From contig CAVPNL010000015.1 of the NCBI GenBank assembly GCA_963706575.1, positions 448,001 through 512,000 of the forward strand: a DNA stretch of 64,000 nucleotides, in the 5' to 3' direction. Made by a program: the position numbers and the translations under genes. The notes under the pieces were generated by a model that was given only the letters and a program-made list of their open reading frames with translations, made no database searches and was not told the origin of the DNA. This stretch comes from an uncultured delta proteobacterium (GTDB lineage: Bacteria; Desulfobacterota; Desulfobacteria; Desulfobacterales; JAHEIW01). Below, piece after piece: positions 29,773-39,990 of this stretch. Position 1 is the first letter of the stretch; every line of letters begins with the position of its first letter.

Positions 29773-30921
29773 ATGAGCAAATTGTTCGAACCGGGTGAAA
29801 TTAACGGTATGAAACTGAATAATCGATTTGTGCGCTCGGCAACCTGGGAGGGAATGGCGGCCGATGACGGATCTTGCACGCCTAAACTCATAAGCCTGAT
29901 GGCAGAGCTCGCCAGAGGAGGTGTGGGTTTGATCATCAGCAGTCATTCGTATGTGCAAAAAATCGGGCAGGCCAGCTTCAGGCAGATCGGAATCCATAGC
30001 GACGATATGATTCCCGGGCTAAAAAAGATGACCGCTGCGGTCCACGACCAGCGCGGCAAAATCGTCTGCCAGCTGGCCCATGCCGGTTTTTTTGCCAATA
30101 CCAAATTGTCCGGCCAAACGCCGATGGCCCCATCCAGCGTGGAAGGCATCGCTGAAGGTCCCCGCAAGGAAATGACTCAAGAAGATATTGCGGGGGTTAT
30201 TAAAGCGTTTGCAAGCGCAGCCGGCAGGGCGAAAAGCGCCGGCTTTGACGGTGTTCAAATTCATGGCGCCCACGGTTATCTATTGAGCCAATTTATCTCT
30301 CCCATGTTCAATCATCGCACCGATGAATACGGCGGCTCCATCGAAAATCGCGCCAGACTGCCGCTTGCGGTGCTGCAGGCCATTCGGGAGGCCGTCGGAG
30401 CCGATTATCCGATTTTAATCAAAATAAATTGCAGGGAATTTGTCGACGAAGGGATTCAGCCGGTGGAATTCGTTCAGGTGGGTAAGATGCTGGCAGATGC
30501 CGGCATTGATGCCATTGAAGTCAGCGGTGGTCTTCCGACCAGCCCCAAGGTAAAAGCCAGCCAGTTAGGCATCAACAAAGAAGAAAAAGAAGCCTACTTT
30601 CAGGAAGAAGCCAGGGCACTCAGGAAACAAACCGACGTCACACTCATTCTGGTGGGCGGCAATCGCTCCTTTCATGTTGTTGACCGCCTGGTCGCTGAAG
30701 GCGTGGCTGACTATATTTCCATGAGCCGACCGCTGATCCGCGAGCCCCATTTGATCAATCGCTGGAAAGCCGGGGATCTGACCAAATCGGCCTGCGTGTC
30801 GGACAACATGTGTTTTCAGCCGGCAATTGAAGGCAAGGGAATCTACTGCGTCACCGAAAAAAGAGAAAGCTCAAAAGAAATTAATTGCCCAGCCGTGAAA
30901 CTTGCGGGCACTCACAATTAG
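29773..30921 (+). CDS. NADH:flavin oxidoreductase (old yellow enzyme family)
   Basis: NRFVRSAT, QLAHAG, GFDGVQIHGAHGYLLSQF, RTDEYGGSIENR; ATG 29773 behind GAGGAG. Confidence 0.92.
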   Translation: MSKLFEPGEINGMKLNNRFVRSATWEGMAADDGSCTPKLISLMAELARGGVGLIISSHSYVQKIGQASFRQIGIHSDDMIPGLKKMTAAVHDQRGKIVCQLAHAGFFANTKLSGQTPMAPSSVEGIAEGPRKEMTQEDIAGVIKAFASAAGRAKSAGFDGVQIHGAHGYLLSQFISPMFNHRTDEYGGSIENRARLPLAVLQAIREAVGADYPILIKINCREFVDEGIQPVEFVQVGKMLADAGIDAIEVSGGLPTSPKVKASQLGINKEEKEAYFQEEARALRKQTDVTLILVGGNRSFHVVDRLVAEGVADYISMSRPLIREPHLINRWKAGDLTKSACVSDNMCFQPAIEGKGIYCVTEKRESSKEINCPAVKLAGTHN

Positions 30922-31111
30922 CCAGCAGACCTTCGTCTGTGTGTGGAGGCGAGAAAATAGTCGAAATTTGGGTCTGTGGCTAAAAACATTATTCTTCTCA
31001 TCAACGCCTCATCAGCACTTCCAAGTGATTTTTGACCTATCCTTGATTTTAGGTTAACATTAAAGTTTATAATTCAATGTATATCCAACAGACCGATTTG
31101 CGCTTTAAGGA

Positions 31112-31609
31112 TTGGTACTTTTTAAAATGCACCTTTTGGCTCGACATATAAAATTCTGGGCAATCGCCCTCTGCTTTTTGATGGGTCTCATCCTGGTGCT
31201 GGGTAATGTGCCCGTTGCAACCGCCGATCAAACCCAAGAACAAAAAGCCAGGCAAAAGATGCTCAATTTGGAGGCAGCCAATGCCCTCTGGCGCTTAAAA
31301 AGAGCGCTGGAAAAAGACGGTTTTTACAGCGGGCGGGTCAGGCTCAATGTCTGGCGGGCGGCTGCCATCGACGCCGGTAAATTCGACCCGAAAAAGTATG
31401 AAGAATTTAAACTGCAGCTCTATGAAAAATCCCTGAATGATTCTTTGAAGTGCTTCGAATATTATATCGAACAGAACAGCCACCACGACGCCAATATGTG
31501 CCTGCAAACCTGGAAGATGCGCGCCAAAGAAATCGACCGGTTCGATGAACCCACCTACCAGGAGCTTGTCAAACAGCTCAACAGTTTAAAGGAAAAGCAA
31601 TCCGAATAA
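31112..31609 (+). CDS. hypothetical exported protein
   Basis: hydrophobic signal-like segment then helical domain; true start may be ATG 31127. Confidence 0.6.
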   Translation: MVLFKMHLLARHIKFWAIALCFLMGLILVLGNVPVATADQTQEQKARQKMLNLEAANALWRLKRALEKDGFYSGRVRLNVWRAAAIDAGKFDPKKYEEFKLQLYEKSLNDSLKCFEYYIEQNSHHDANMCLQTWKMRAKEIDRFDEPTYQELVKQLNSLKEKQSE

Positions 31610-31791
31610 CATTTATTTGACAATGCCGGCTGCTTTTTAGTATTTTATACCCTGCCTATTTCTCTTCCATTCATTTATTTTATACCCGAAAACAATATGT
31701 GATGCCTCGTTGCTGCTCCGAAAGCGCTTAACGCAACATGCTGCTCCATTGGCGGTAATGTGTCTATCGATATCGTAGGGAGGACTGCGCC

Positions 31792-32586
31792 ATGCGAAAT
31801 AAAAAAGCCGGTTTCATCATTGGTTTTCTATTACTTGCCCTTTTAGGGGCGCTGCTGTCATGCGCCACCGATAAGGCCCCTCTGCAGGTCGAAAACAGCC
31901 TTCCGCAAAGCGAGCTTGAATATTATAATGACGCTTTTGATAAAATGCGCGAAGATCTCTGGGACAGGGCCGGGTATTTGTATCGCGAAGAGCAGGTAAA
32001 AAAATTCAGGCAGGCCGATTTAGGCTTCGAGAACGGCAAGCTGATCATTCGGACCCAAACCGGCAGTTTCAGCAAAGCCGGGCTTTCATCCAAGTATGCG
32101 TTAAGGGGAGATTTCGACATCCAGCTTGAGTGCCGGATGGATTTTATAAAAGGCATCTCCAGTATGGATATGGATCAATTGGTTAATCTTGGTGCTTTCG
32201 ACAAAAGCCTTACGATGGGAAAAATGAACACCGCGATCATTGGCCTGTCCATGAAAGGGGGATCTGACCAGGTGCACCTCTTTAGCAATTATATTGTAAA
32301 TGGTAAAAGGAGAGGAGGAGATTCTCAAAAGATCGGAAATTTTAACGGCACATTCAGAATCCTGAGAAACGGCAAAACCATCAGCACTTTGTATCAAATA
32401 AATGGCGCGGCCGAATGGAACCGCCTGAATACATTTCGCGTAACCGATAATGACATGCTCATCGGTTTTCAGGTGCGGAACTTCTTTGGCAACAGAACCA
32501 CCATTCAGGCAAGCCATTCGATATCAGCAGAGTTTGATAGTTTAAAAATAAATGCTGCCGAGCAAATAATTGAAGAAGAAATCTGA
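31792..32586 (+). CDS. hypothetical lipoprotein (beta-rich)
   Basis: lipobox LLSC, GGAGG RBS. Confidence 0.7.
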   Translation: MRNKKAGFIIGFLLLALLGALLSCATDKAPLQVENSLPQSELEYYNDAFDKMREDLWDRAGYLYREEQVKKFRQADLGFENGKLIIRTQTGSFSKAGLSSKYALRGDFDIQLECRMDFIKGISSMDMDQLVNLGAFDKSLTMGKMNTAIIGLSMKGGSDQVHLFSNYIVNGKRRGGDSQKIGNFNGTFRILRNGKTISTLYQINGAAEWNRLNTFRVTDNDMLIGFQVRNFFGNRTTIQASHSISAEFDSLKINAAEQIIEEEI

Positions 32587-32690
32587 ATTTAGATCTAAGG
32601 GCATAAATTGTTTTAAGTGAGCGCACATCTAACATTCGATACTTAAGAAGGACCTCACACCCAAACAGGAAGACCATTGAGGACAAAATA

Positions 32691-34205
32691 ATGAAATATG
32701 TGTTGTTCACACCTGTTTTCTTATTCTTACTGCAGTTATCCGGCAGCCCTGTTCTGGCATCTGACAGTAATGATTTTTCCGGTGATTGCGATAAGGCCAT
32801 ACACGTATTCTGGAAAGGTCGCTTGAGGACCGATAAAAATCAGCCTCACCAATACTATCAGGAAGCCATCGACTTATGTCCGGGATACATCCGACCTCAT
32901 GAATTGCTGGGGAATTTGTACCGCAAAGAAAACCAGAATGACAAGGCTATCCTATATTTTACAAAGGCGGCCGAATTGGGCACCACCAATTACAAGCTCT
33001 ATTACCTTTTAGCCAGTTTGCTGTTTGAAAAAGGCGATCTGGATGAGGCTGACCGCAACATCAAAAAATCATTGAGTATTAGAGCTGATTATCCGAAGGC
33101 CGTAAAATTGAACCGGGAAATTGAAAAGTCCATCGATAAAGAGGGACCCAAGATTATTTTGTATGAACCCTCCACCCGGCGGGGAATGAGAGTTGTTAAA
33201 ACCTATGAAAATTTAACCGTGCGGGGGATTGCCACCGATAAAAGCGGGGTTACCTGGGTAAAAGTCAATCAACTGGAGACCTCGCTGGATGAACACGGAA
33301 ACTTCCTCAAAGACATCCCCATTCAGCTGGGAGCAAATACCATCCGGGTGGAGGCCGCCGATTCGCTCGGCAATCGCGCGCATATTTCAATCGATATCGA
33401 GGGCGAAAAGTATGTCCTGCCCCCCCTGACCCGGGTAGAATCCGCCACCCAGCGGCAGGCGCTCTACGGCAAATCCTTTGCCGTGGTTATCGGCATCAAT
33501 CAATATGAAAAATGGCCGGGATTGGAATTTGCGGTTGCCGACGCCAACGCCATTAAAAACACGCTTGAAAAAACCGGCTTTGATGACATTACCCTGATCA
33601 TGGACAAAGACGCCACCCAGCGGCGGATCCTGACCGAACTTTTCCACAAATTGCCGCAAAAGGTGGACCGCAATGATCGTGTTCTGTTTTACTTTGCCGG
33701 CCACGGTCAAACAGAGGAACTGCCCGGCGGTGGCAAAAAGGGCTACATCATTCCGGCGGATGCCGAAACCGACAGTTACGCCTCAACCGCTGTTTCCATG
33801 GAGCAGATTCGAAGCCTTTCCAGCCGGATTGCGGCCAAACACATATTTTACGTGATGGATTGCTGTTATTCCGGTCTGGGGCTCAACCGCTCAGCTGGAG
33901 TGTGGCCGGGCATCAGCGATTATCTGCGCAAAGTATCTGCGATGCGGGTGGTTCAAATTATTACCGCCGGCGGCCAGGGCGAACAGGTTCAGGAGAGAGA
34001 AGGCCACGGATTATTCACTTCTTATTTTATAAAAGCCATCGAAGGGCAGGCCGATATCGATAAAGACAACGTGGTCACGGGCACCGAACTGGGGGCCTAT
34101 CTGCGGCCCACCGTCTCAAATGCCTCCCGGCAGGCGCAAACCCCGCTGTTCGGCAGGCTGGAGGGCGAGGGCGAGTTTCTCTTTTTTGTCAAAAAAGAAA
34201 AATAA
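32691..34205 (+). CDS. exported TPR + Ig-like + caspase (peptidase C14) protein
   Basis: signal peptide, TPRs, AVVIGINQY, FYFAGHG and MDCCYSG His/Cys dyad. Confidence 0.85.
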   Translation: MKYVLFTPVFLFLLQLSGSPVLASDSNDFSGDCDKAIHVFWKGRLRTDKNQPHQYYQEAIDLCPGYIRPHELLGNLYRKENQNDKAILYFTKAAELGTTNYKLYYLLASLLFEKGDLDEADRNIKKSLSIRADYPKAVKLNREIEKSIDKEGPKIILYEPSTRRGMRVVKTYENLTVRGIATDKSGVTWVKVNQLETSLDEHGNFLKDIPIQLGANTIRVEAADSLGNRAHISIDIEGEKYVLPPLTRVESATQRQALYGKSFAVVIGINQYEKWPGLEFAVADANAIKNTLEKTGFDDITLIMDKDATQRRILTELFHKLPQKVDRNDRVLFYFAGHGQTEELPGGGKKGYIIPADAETDSYASTAVSMEQIRSLSSRIAAKHIFYVMDCCYSGLGLNRSAGVWPGISDYLRKVSAMRVVQIITAGGQGEQVQEREGHGLFTSYFIKAIEGQADIDKDNVVTGTELGAYLRPTVSNASRQAQTPLFGRLEGEGEFLFFVKKEK

Positions 34206-34254
34206 ATGAGGCGGCGGGTAGTTCCTGCATGCCAAGCTTGTCATTCCCGCCTTC

Positions 34255-34417
34255 CAGACTGTGTCGTAATTCAAAAAAGCGCTTAAATTCTGCCTGTCAT
34301 GCCGGACTTGATCCGGCATCCAGCACTGTAACACTTTGAAAAAACACTGGATTCCGGGTCAAGCCCGGAATGACAAAAAGGCTCATTTTCCTCGCTTGAA
34401 GATTACGACACAGTCTG
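34255..34417. mobile_element. MITE-like element inserted in a REP-like hairpin
   Basis: 16-bp TIR CAGACTGTGTCGTAAT / ATTACGACACAGTCTG with CTTC directly repeated on both sides. Confidence 0.75.
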
Positions 34418-34488
34418 CTTCGCGGGAATGACGGATCTTTGCCCAGAAAACACCCCGACCACTGAGATAACTAAATACTAACTAGAGA

Positions 34489-35574
34489 TTATTGTACGAC
34501 CATCTTTTCCAGCACGGCATCCGTAAATTCACGGGTGCCGGACTGCCCGCCGAGATCCGGTGTCAATGCTTTCCCATCTGCGGTAACCGCTTCAATGGCG
34601 CCCATCAATGCGTTGGAAGCATCGTTCTGATCGAAAAAATCCAGCATCATCGCCACCGACCACAATATGGCAATGGGGTTGGCAATCCCCTTTCCGGCGA
34701 TATCCGGCGCCGAGCCATGCACCGGCTCAAACATCGAGGGATAATTTCGTTCCGGATTGAGGTTGGCGGAAGGCGCGATGCCGATACCACCGGCAACAGC
34801 CGGGCCCAGGTCGGATAAAATATCACCAAACAGGTTGCTGGCGACGACCACATCGAACCAGTCCGGGTGCTGGACAAAATGGGCGCTCAGGATATCGATA
34901 TGGTACTGGTCGACGGTGATATCCGGATAGTCTTTTGACACAGCTTTCAGGCGCTCATCCCAAAACGGCATGGTGTGGATAATGCCGTTGGATTTGGTGG
35001 CCGAAGTCAAATGCTTTTTCTGCCGGGTTTGCGCCAGCTTAAAGGCGTAACGCAAAATTCGATCCACCCCGTGGCGCGTAAATACCGACTCCTGGATGAC
35101 GGTTTCCTGATCGGTCCCCGGATAGAGCCGCCCGCCGATTTGCGAATACTCACCTTCGTTGTTTTCTCTGACGATATAAAAATCTATATCTTCGGCTTTG
35201 CGCCCCGCCAGCGGTGAGCGGATGCCGGGCAACAGCCGCACCGGGCGCAAATTGACATATTGCTGAAAATGACGCCGGATGGGTATCAACAGGCCCCACA
35301 GGGAAACATGGTCCGGCACCTTGCGGTCCCCGACCGCCCCCAGCAAAATCGCATCAAAACCGCTCAGTTGCTTCAGACCGTCTGCGGGCATCATGACCCC
35401 GTGCTTCAGATAGTATTGGCATCCGTAAGGAAACGCCTCGAATTTAACTTCAAAACCATATTGCGCGGCCAGGGCCTCCAGCACCCGCACCCCTTCGGGG
35501 ACAACTTCCCGGCCGATTCCGTCTCCCGGAATCAGGGCGATATTCAATATTCTATTTGAATTTGTATTTTTCAT
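34489..35574 (-). CDS. tartrate dehydrogenase / D-malate dehydrogenase (decarboxylating) family
   Basis: PGDGIG.EV, VPDHVSLWGLLIPIRR, RENNEGEYS, TKSNG...MPFWD, FEPVHGSAPDIAG. Confidence 0.9.
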   Translation of the reverse strand: MKNTNSNRILNIALIPGDGIGREVVPEGVRVLEALAAQYGFEVKFEAFPYGCQYYLKHGVMMPADGLKQLSGFDAILLGAVGDRKVPDHVSLWGLLIPIRRHFQQYVNLRPVRLLPGIRSPLAGRKAEDIDFYIVRENNEGEYSQIGGRLYPGTDQETVIQESVFTRHGVDRILRYAFKLAQTRQKKHLTSATKSNGIIHTMPFWDERLKAVSKDYPDITVDQYHIDILSAHFVQHPDWFDVVVASNLFGDILSDLGPAVAGGIGIAPSANLNPERNYPSMFEPVHGSAPDIAGKGIANPIAILWSVAMMLDFFDQNDASNALMGAIEAVTADGKALTPDLGGQSGTREFTDAVLEKMVVQ

Positions 35575-35581
35575 CTTCTAT

Positions 35582-36412
35582 TCACGCAATTCCCAATATT
35601 TGCCGGGCCTCTTGACAGGTCGCCACCTCGTATCCGATTTGATGAACCAGCGAAACCATTCTGTCTACCAGCTCGGCATTGGTCCGGGCGGCTTTGCCCG
35701 GGGCAAAAAATACACTGTCTTCAAAACCAACGCGCACAACCGAGGCCCCCATGCCGATCGCGGTGGCCAGCAGGGCCAAATCCTGCATGCCGGCATGAAT
35801 CACGCCCCAGGGCACGTTCTTTTCGGGCAGCAGGGTTTTCATGAAGAAAAGGGTTTCCGGATTCGCCGGCAATGCCCAGCGCACACCCAGGCAAAAACCA
35901 ATCGAATACGGCGGTTTCAGCACCCCTTCCTCAACCAGCTTCATATAGGCGGGAAGCATGCCGGCTGCAAAAATCTCCAGCTCCGGGGCGACCCGGGTTT
36001 CCGCCATTCGACCGGCCCAGTAACGAATATCCTGTACCCGATTGACATAAACATCTTCATCGAAATTGATGGAGCCCATATTCAATGATGCCGTTTCGAC
36101 CCTTGGATCATCTAAAGCCACACAGCGCTGTTCCAGGGTCAAATCTGTCAGACCGCCGGTAGACCCCTGAATGACAATTTCTGATGATTGTCGAATGAGA
36201 TCAAGGGTTGCTGAGAAATCAGTTAGATCTTCCGTTTGCTCTCCCTTCTTATCGCGCACATGCATATGGACCATGCTGGCGCCGGCCTTCTCACAGGCGA
36301 TCACCTGATGGGCGACATCTTCCGGGGTTAGGGGATTGATAGACGGTGGCTGCGTTTTTTTACCGGTGGGGGCAACGGCGACGATGATTTTTCGTATTTT
36401 GTAATTTTTCAT
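35582..36412 (-). CDS. beta-keto acid cleavage enzyme (BKACE/Kce, DUF849)
   Basis: AGASMVHMHVRD, STGG, ASLNMGS, PELEIF, RVGFED. Confidence 0.9.
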   Translation of the reverse strand: MKNYKIRKIIVAVAPTGKKTQPPSINPLTPEDVAHQVIACEKAGASMVHMHVRDKKGEQTEDLTDFSATLDLIRQSSEIVIQGSTGGLTDLTLEQRCVALDDPRVETASLNMGSINFDEDVYVNRVQDIRYWAGRMAETRVAPELEIFAAGMLPAYMKLVEEGVLKPPYSIGFCLGVRWALPANPETLFFMKTLLPEKNVPWGVIHAGMQDLALLATAIGMGASVVRVGFEDSVFFAPGKAARTNAELVDRMVSLVHQIGYEVATCQEARQILGIA

Positions 36413-36602
36413 AAAAAAATTTCCGGTTCTAGTTGTGGGTTGAAGGCCTACGAATTAAACAAGAATTTTGTAGATTGGAACTTGGCTGCCTGTCAACACA
36501 TATTCAGTGCCGCACATTAACCATGCCCAAATGGGGTTGCTTATGGACATTTTGCAGGATATTAAAACCGGACCGGTTATCTGCGAAGCCGGAGGGGATT
36601 GC

Positions 36603-37577
36603 ATGGTAAAGATAATCTATTCATTCGGTATCATTCTATTGGGGTTGTCACTGGGATATATGACTCAGGTTCTGGTGAGAAGCGACCGGATCAAGTTGCC
36701 GATCGACATTGATGCGCTTCGCAAATTGCTTCAGCGCATTGCCCTGCTGTTTGTTAACCCGATTGCCGTCATCGGTGCGATCTGGGTAGTGAGCTTAGAA
36801 AAAGCGACCCTGGTTGCCCTGCCGTTTATCGGACTTTTTGCACTTCTTGCCGGCGGCGCGATAGCGCTGGGTGTTGCCCGCTTGTTTAAATTGAGCTCTA
36901 AAAAAACCGGCAGCCTGTATGGTTGCGGCGCGTTTACCAATATCGGCTCAATCGGTGCTTTGGTCTGCTTTGTTTTTTTAGGCGAAAAGGGGTTTGCCCT
37001 GGTTCTGATATATAAATTATTTGAGGAACTCTCCTATTATGTAATCGGGTTTCCCGTTGCCAAATATTACAGCAGCAGTACCAGCGAGGAACGCATCAGA
37101 GACCACCTTAAAAACCTGACCCGGGACCCGTTCATCTTAGTAGCTTTGTCCAGTATTATCGTCGGCGGTTTGTTAAATTTCAGCGGTGTCGACCGACCCG
37201 AATTCTACGCAACCATCATTACCGTTTTTGTGCCCCTGATGACCATCATGCTGCTGACGTCAATCGGTCTGGCTTTAAGATTCAGAAGGGTTCGTGACTA
37301 TCTGCGGGAATGTGTTGCACTTTCCATCATAAAATTTATCTTCATTCCCATACTGGCAACATCTTTGGCATATGTGATGGGTTATGCAAAAATCGATCAG
37401 GGCCTGCCGCTAAAGGTCGTTATGATTCTTTCCTGCATGCCGGTAGCGTTCACCGCCTTGATTCCACCTTCGATTTATGATCTGGACCTGGACCTGGCCA
37501 ATTCATGCTGGTTTTTTACAACCGCATTACTGGTTATTGTATTGCCGATTTTAATTGTAGTCATAAACTGGGTTTAA
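36603..37577 (+). CDS. AEC family-like membrane transporter
   Basis: about 10 TM segments, FTNIGSIG and SCMPVAF motifs; ATG 36603 behind GGAGG. Confidence 0.7.
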   Translation: MVKIIYSFGIILLGLSLGYMTQVLVRSDRIKLPIDIDALRKLLQRIALLFVNPIAVIGAIWVVSLEKATLVALPFIGLFALLAGGAIALGVARLFKLSSKKTGSLYGCGAFTNIGSIGALVCFVFLGEKGFALVLIYKLFEELSYYVIGFPVAKYYSSSTSEERIRDHLKNLTRDPFILVALSSIIVGGLLNFSGVDRPEFYATIITVFVPLMTIMLLTSIGLALRFRRVRDYLRECVALSIIKFIFIPILATSLAYVMGYAKIDQGLPLKVVMILSCMPVAFTALIPPSIYDLDLDLANSCWFFTTALLVIVLPILIVVINWV

Positions 37578-37765
37578 ATTCCACGGCAAAATCGTATCTA
37601 TTCTACCTCGCCAGGTATCGGCACAATCACTACCCATCATCCGCATTATCCAAACGTGGCTTTGATCAAAATTTTTATTGAATCCCGATTAAAAATTTGT
37701 CGGAAATGATTGTACATATTCCTTATATACTTTAAATCATTATAAATATTTGTATTAAAAACTTC

Positions 37766-37824
37766 TTGACAATATCCTCCGAAACCTGTATTGAATTTTG
37801 TATACAAAATGCAAAATTCAATAC
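37766..37824 (+). promoter_or_regulatory. promoter with palindromic GntR/FadR-type operator
   Basis: TTGACA 37766-37771; perfect 16-bp palindrome ATTTTGTATACAAAAT 37795-37810 overlapping a 13-bp IR gtattgaattttg/caaaattcaatac. Confidence 0.65.
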
Positions 37825-37942
37825 GCATTTTTGGATTGAGTTACCAATACCTCTCCTCCCTTAATCAATGTCCATTTTCATACTTCTCATTCTCTGAAAA
37901 TGGATCAAGATTTTCACCTCAGGCCTGTGAAAGGATTCGCAG

Positions 37943-38647
37943 ATGAAAAATCTAGGAGCAGCGCACGAAAATCTAGATCAAAAGGCCTATGAAATCATCA
38001 AAAACATGATCACCGAGCGCCAGATTCTGCCCGGAGAAAAAATCCCCCAGGAAAAACTCGCCCAGGAACTCGGTATCAGCCGCACCCCTCTGGTCAGCGC
38101 CCTTAAATTTCTGGAACATGAAAAATTAGTAGAGTCCAAACCCCGCCGCGGGTATTTTGTGCGGCTATTTTCCAAACAGGAGATGGTCAGTATATTTGAA
38201 CTGCGCGAAGTTTTGGAAGGCCTGGCAGCCAAACGGGCAGCCGCCAACATCACCGACAAAGAAATTGAGATCTTGAACGGTTTTTTCAGGCCTTTTGCAG
38301 AATCCGCAAACATCACCGATTTTAGAGCATATGCCAAAGAAGACCGTCGGTTTCACAACTTTATTACCGAAATCGGCGCCCAGGAATTCTTAAAAAGCAT
38401 ATTGCAAACCTACAACTTTATTACCGCCAGTTATCAGTACCTGTCTTCCGAAGGATTGGTAAGACCGCCCAATGAGACCATTGAAGAACATCTGGCCGTC
38501 ATAAATGCCATCGGAGGCAGGGATCCGGATGCAGCTGAAGCGCTGATGCGCCGGCATTTAAATAAGACCATTGTTCACCTCAGACAGGATATTGCAAAAG
38601 AAACACAGGGGGTGGACGGCGGCAAAATTATCCGACCGTCATTTTAA
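37943..38647 (+). CDS. GntR family regulator (FCD domain)
   Basis: LAQELGISRTPL, PRRGYFV, DRRFH, EEHLAVI. Confidence 0.9.
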   Translation: MKNLGAAHENLDQKAYEIIKNMITERQILPGEKIPQEKLAQELGISRTPLVSALKFLEHEKLVESKPRRGYFVRLFSKQEMVSIFELREVLEGLAAKRAAANITDKEIEILNGFFRPFAESANITDFRAYAKEDRRFHNFITEIGAQEFLKSILQTYNFITASYQYLSSEGLVRPPNETIEEHLAVINAIGGRDPDAAEALMRRHLNKTIVHLRQDIAKETQGVDGGKIIRPSF

Positions 38648-38677
38648 TCCGAAACGCATGCCCTGGAGGATATAAAG

Positions 38678-39664
38678 ATGGAATACCGCCGACTGGGACG
38701 ATCCGGCTTAAAAATCTCCAAACTGGCCCTGGGCACCATGAATTTCGGCAACCCAACCGATAAGACCGAGTCTTTTCGAATCATCCATACGGCCCTGGAT
38801 GCCGGGATCAATATCCTGGACTGCGCGGATGTTTATGCAGACGGTGAAAGTGAACGTATCATCGGTGAAGCCCTGGCGGAAAACAGCAAAAGAAAAGAGG
38901 TGTTGGTCACTTCGAAAGCATTTCTGCCGACCGGCAAAGGGCCTAACGATGCCGGAAATTCAAAACATCATATTTTAGCCGCCTGTGAAAACAGCTTAAA
39001 ACGCCTGAAAACCGACTGGATCGACATTTATTTTTTACACCGCACCGATTTCAGCGTGCCCCAGGAAGAATCGCTGGCGGCCCTGGATTTGTTGGTGCAG
39101 CAGGGAAAGGTTCGCCACATCGGGTGCTCAACCCATCCGCCCTGGCGGGCGGTTGAGGCCTGGTGGATCGCCGATAAACATCATTACCCCAAATTTATCT
39201 GCGAACAACCACCCTATAATTTGCTCGATCGCCGGGTTGAAAATGAGATCGTGCCCATGTGTAAGGCCTATGATTTGGGCATCATCTCCTGGTCACCGCT
39301 GGCCCAGGGCGTTTTGGCCGGCCGATACCAGGATGCCGCCGACATTCCGCAAGGCAGCCGGGGTGCCTTTAAATCGATCTATGCCGAACGGATCACCCCG
39401 CAGGGCATCGAAGTCGCTCAACAACTGGCAAAAAGGGCGGCTCAAAAAGGATGCACCTTACCCCAGCTGGCGGTGGCCTGGGTGCTCCATCAGCCGGGCA
39501 TAACGGCCGCCATCATCGGCCCGCGAACCCTGGCGCATCTAAATGATTTGCTTTCAGCAGCTGATCTGAACCTGGACGACACTGATCTGGATTACTGCAA
39601 TCGTCTGGTCAAGCCGGGTGCATTTGTGTCGGACCATTTTAATACGGCCGGATGGCGCTCCTGA
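38678..39664 (+). CDS. aldo/keto reductase
   Basis: LGRSGLKIS.LALGTMNFG, DCADVY, SLKRLKTDWID, WSPLAQG. Confidence 0.92.
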   Translation: MEYRRLGRSGLKISKLALGTMNFGNPTDKTESFRIIHTALDAGINILDCADVYADGESERIIGEALAENSKRKEVLVTSKAFLPTGKGPNDAGNSKHHILAACENSLKRLKTDWIDIYFLHRTDFSVPQEESLAALDLLVQQGKVRHIGCSTHPPWRAVEAWWIADKHHYPKFICEQPPYNLLDRRVENEIVPMCKAYDLGIISWSPLAQGVLAGRYQDAADIPQGSRGAFKSIYAERITPQGIEVAQQLAKRAAQKGCTLPQLAVAWVLHQPGITAAIIGPRTLAHLNDLLSAADLNLDDTDLDYCNRLVKPGAFVSDHFNTAGWRS

Positions 39665-39990
39665 GCACTGAACGCTCAAATGATGCGGTATCGAGAAAGA
39701 ATTGATAATGGAAAGTGACTGCAGCTAAGGTTGTTCAAAACAAAAAACCAGCAAACGCCGGGTTTACTGACGAAACCTCCGGCACCAGCAAGAAAGGAGG
39801 GATACCAAAAAGCTTATTTTAAGGGCGTTTGGTTTAGCCTGAAACTGTATTTTCCCCGAAATCGGCCTTGCAGAGCATCGCTTTCAAGCAAATTCGTAAT
39901 TTTATCGTGAGGCAGGCTGCCAAACAGCGGAGGGGCCGTAGCGGTCCAAAAAAAGATAACCAAAACATCTAAAAAAAGGAGGGTTTGGTA

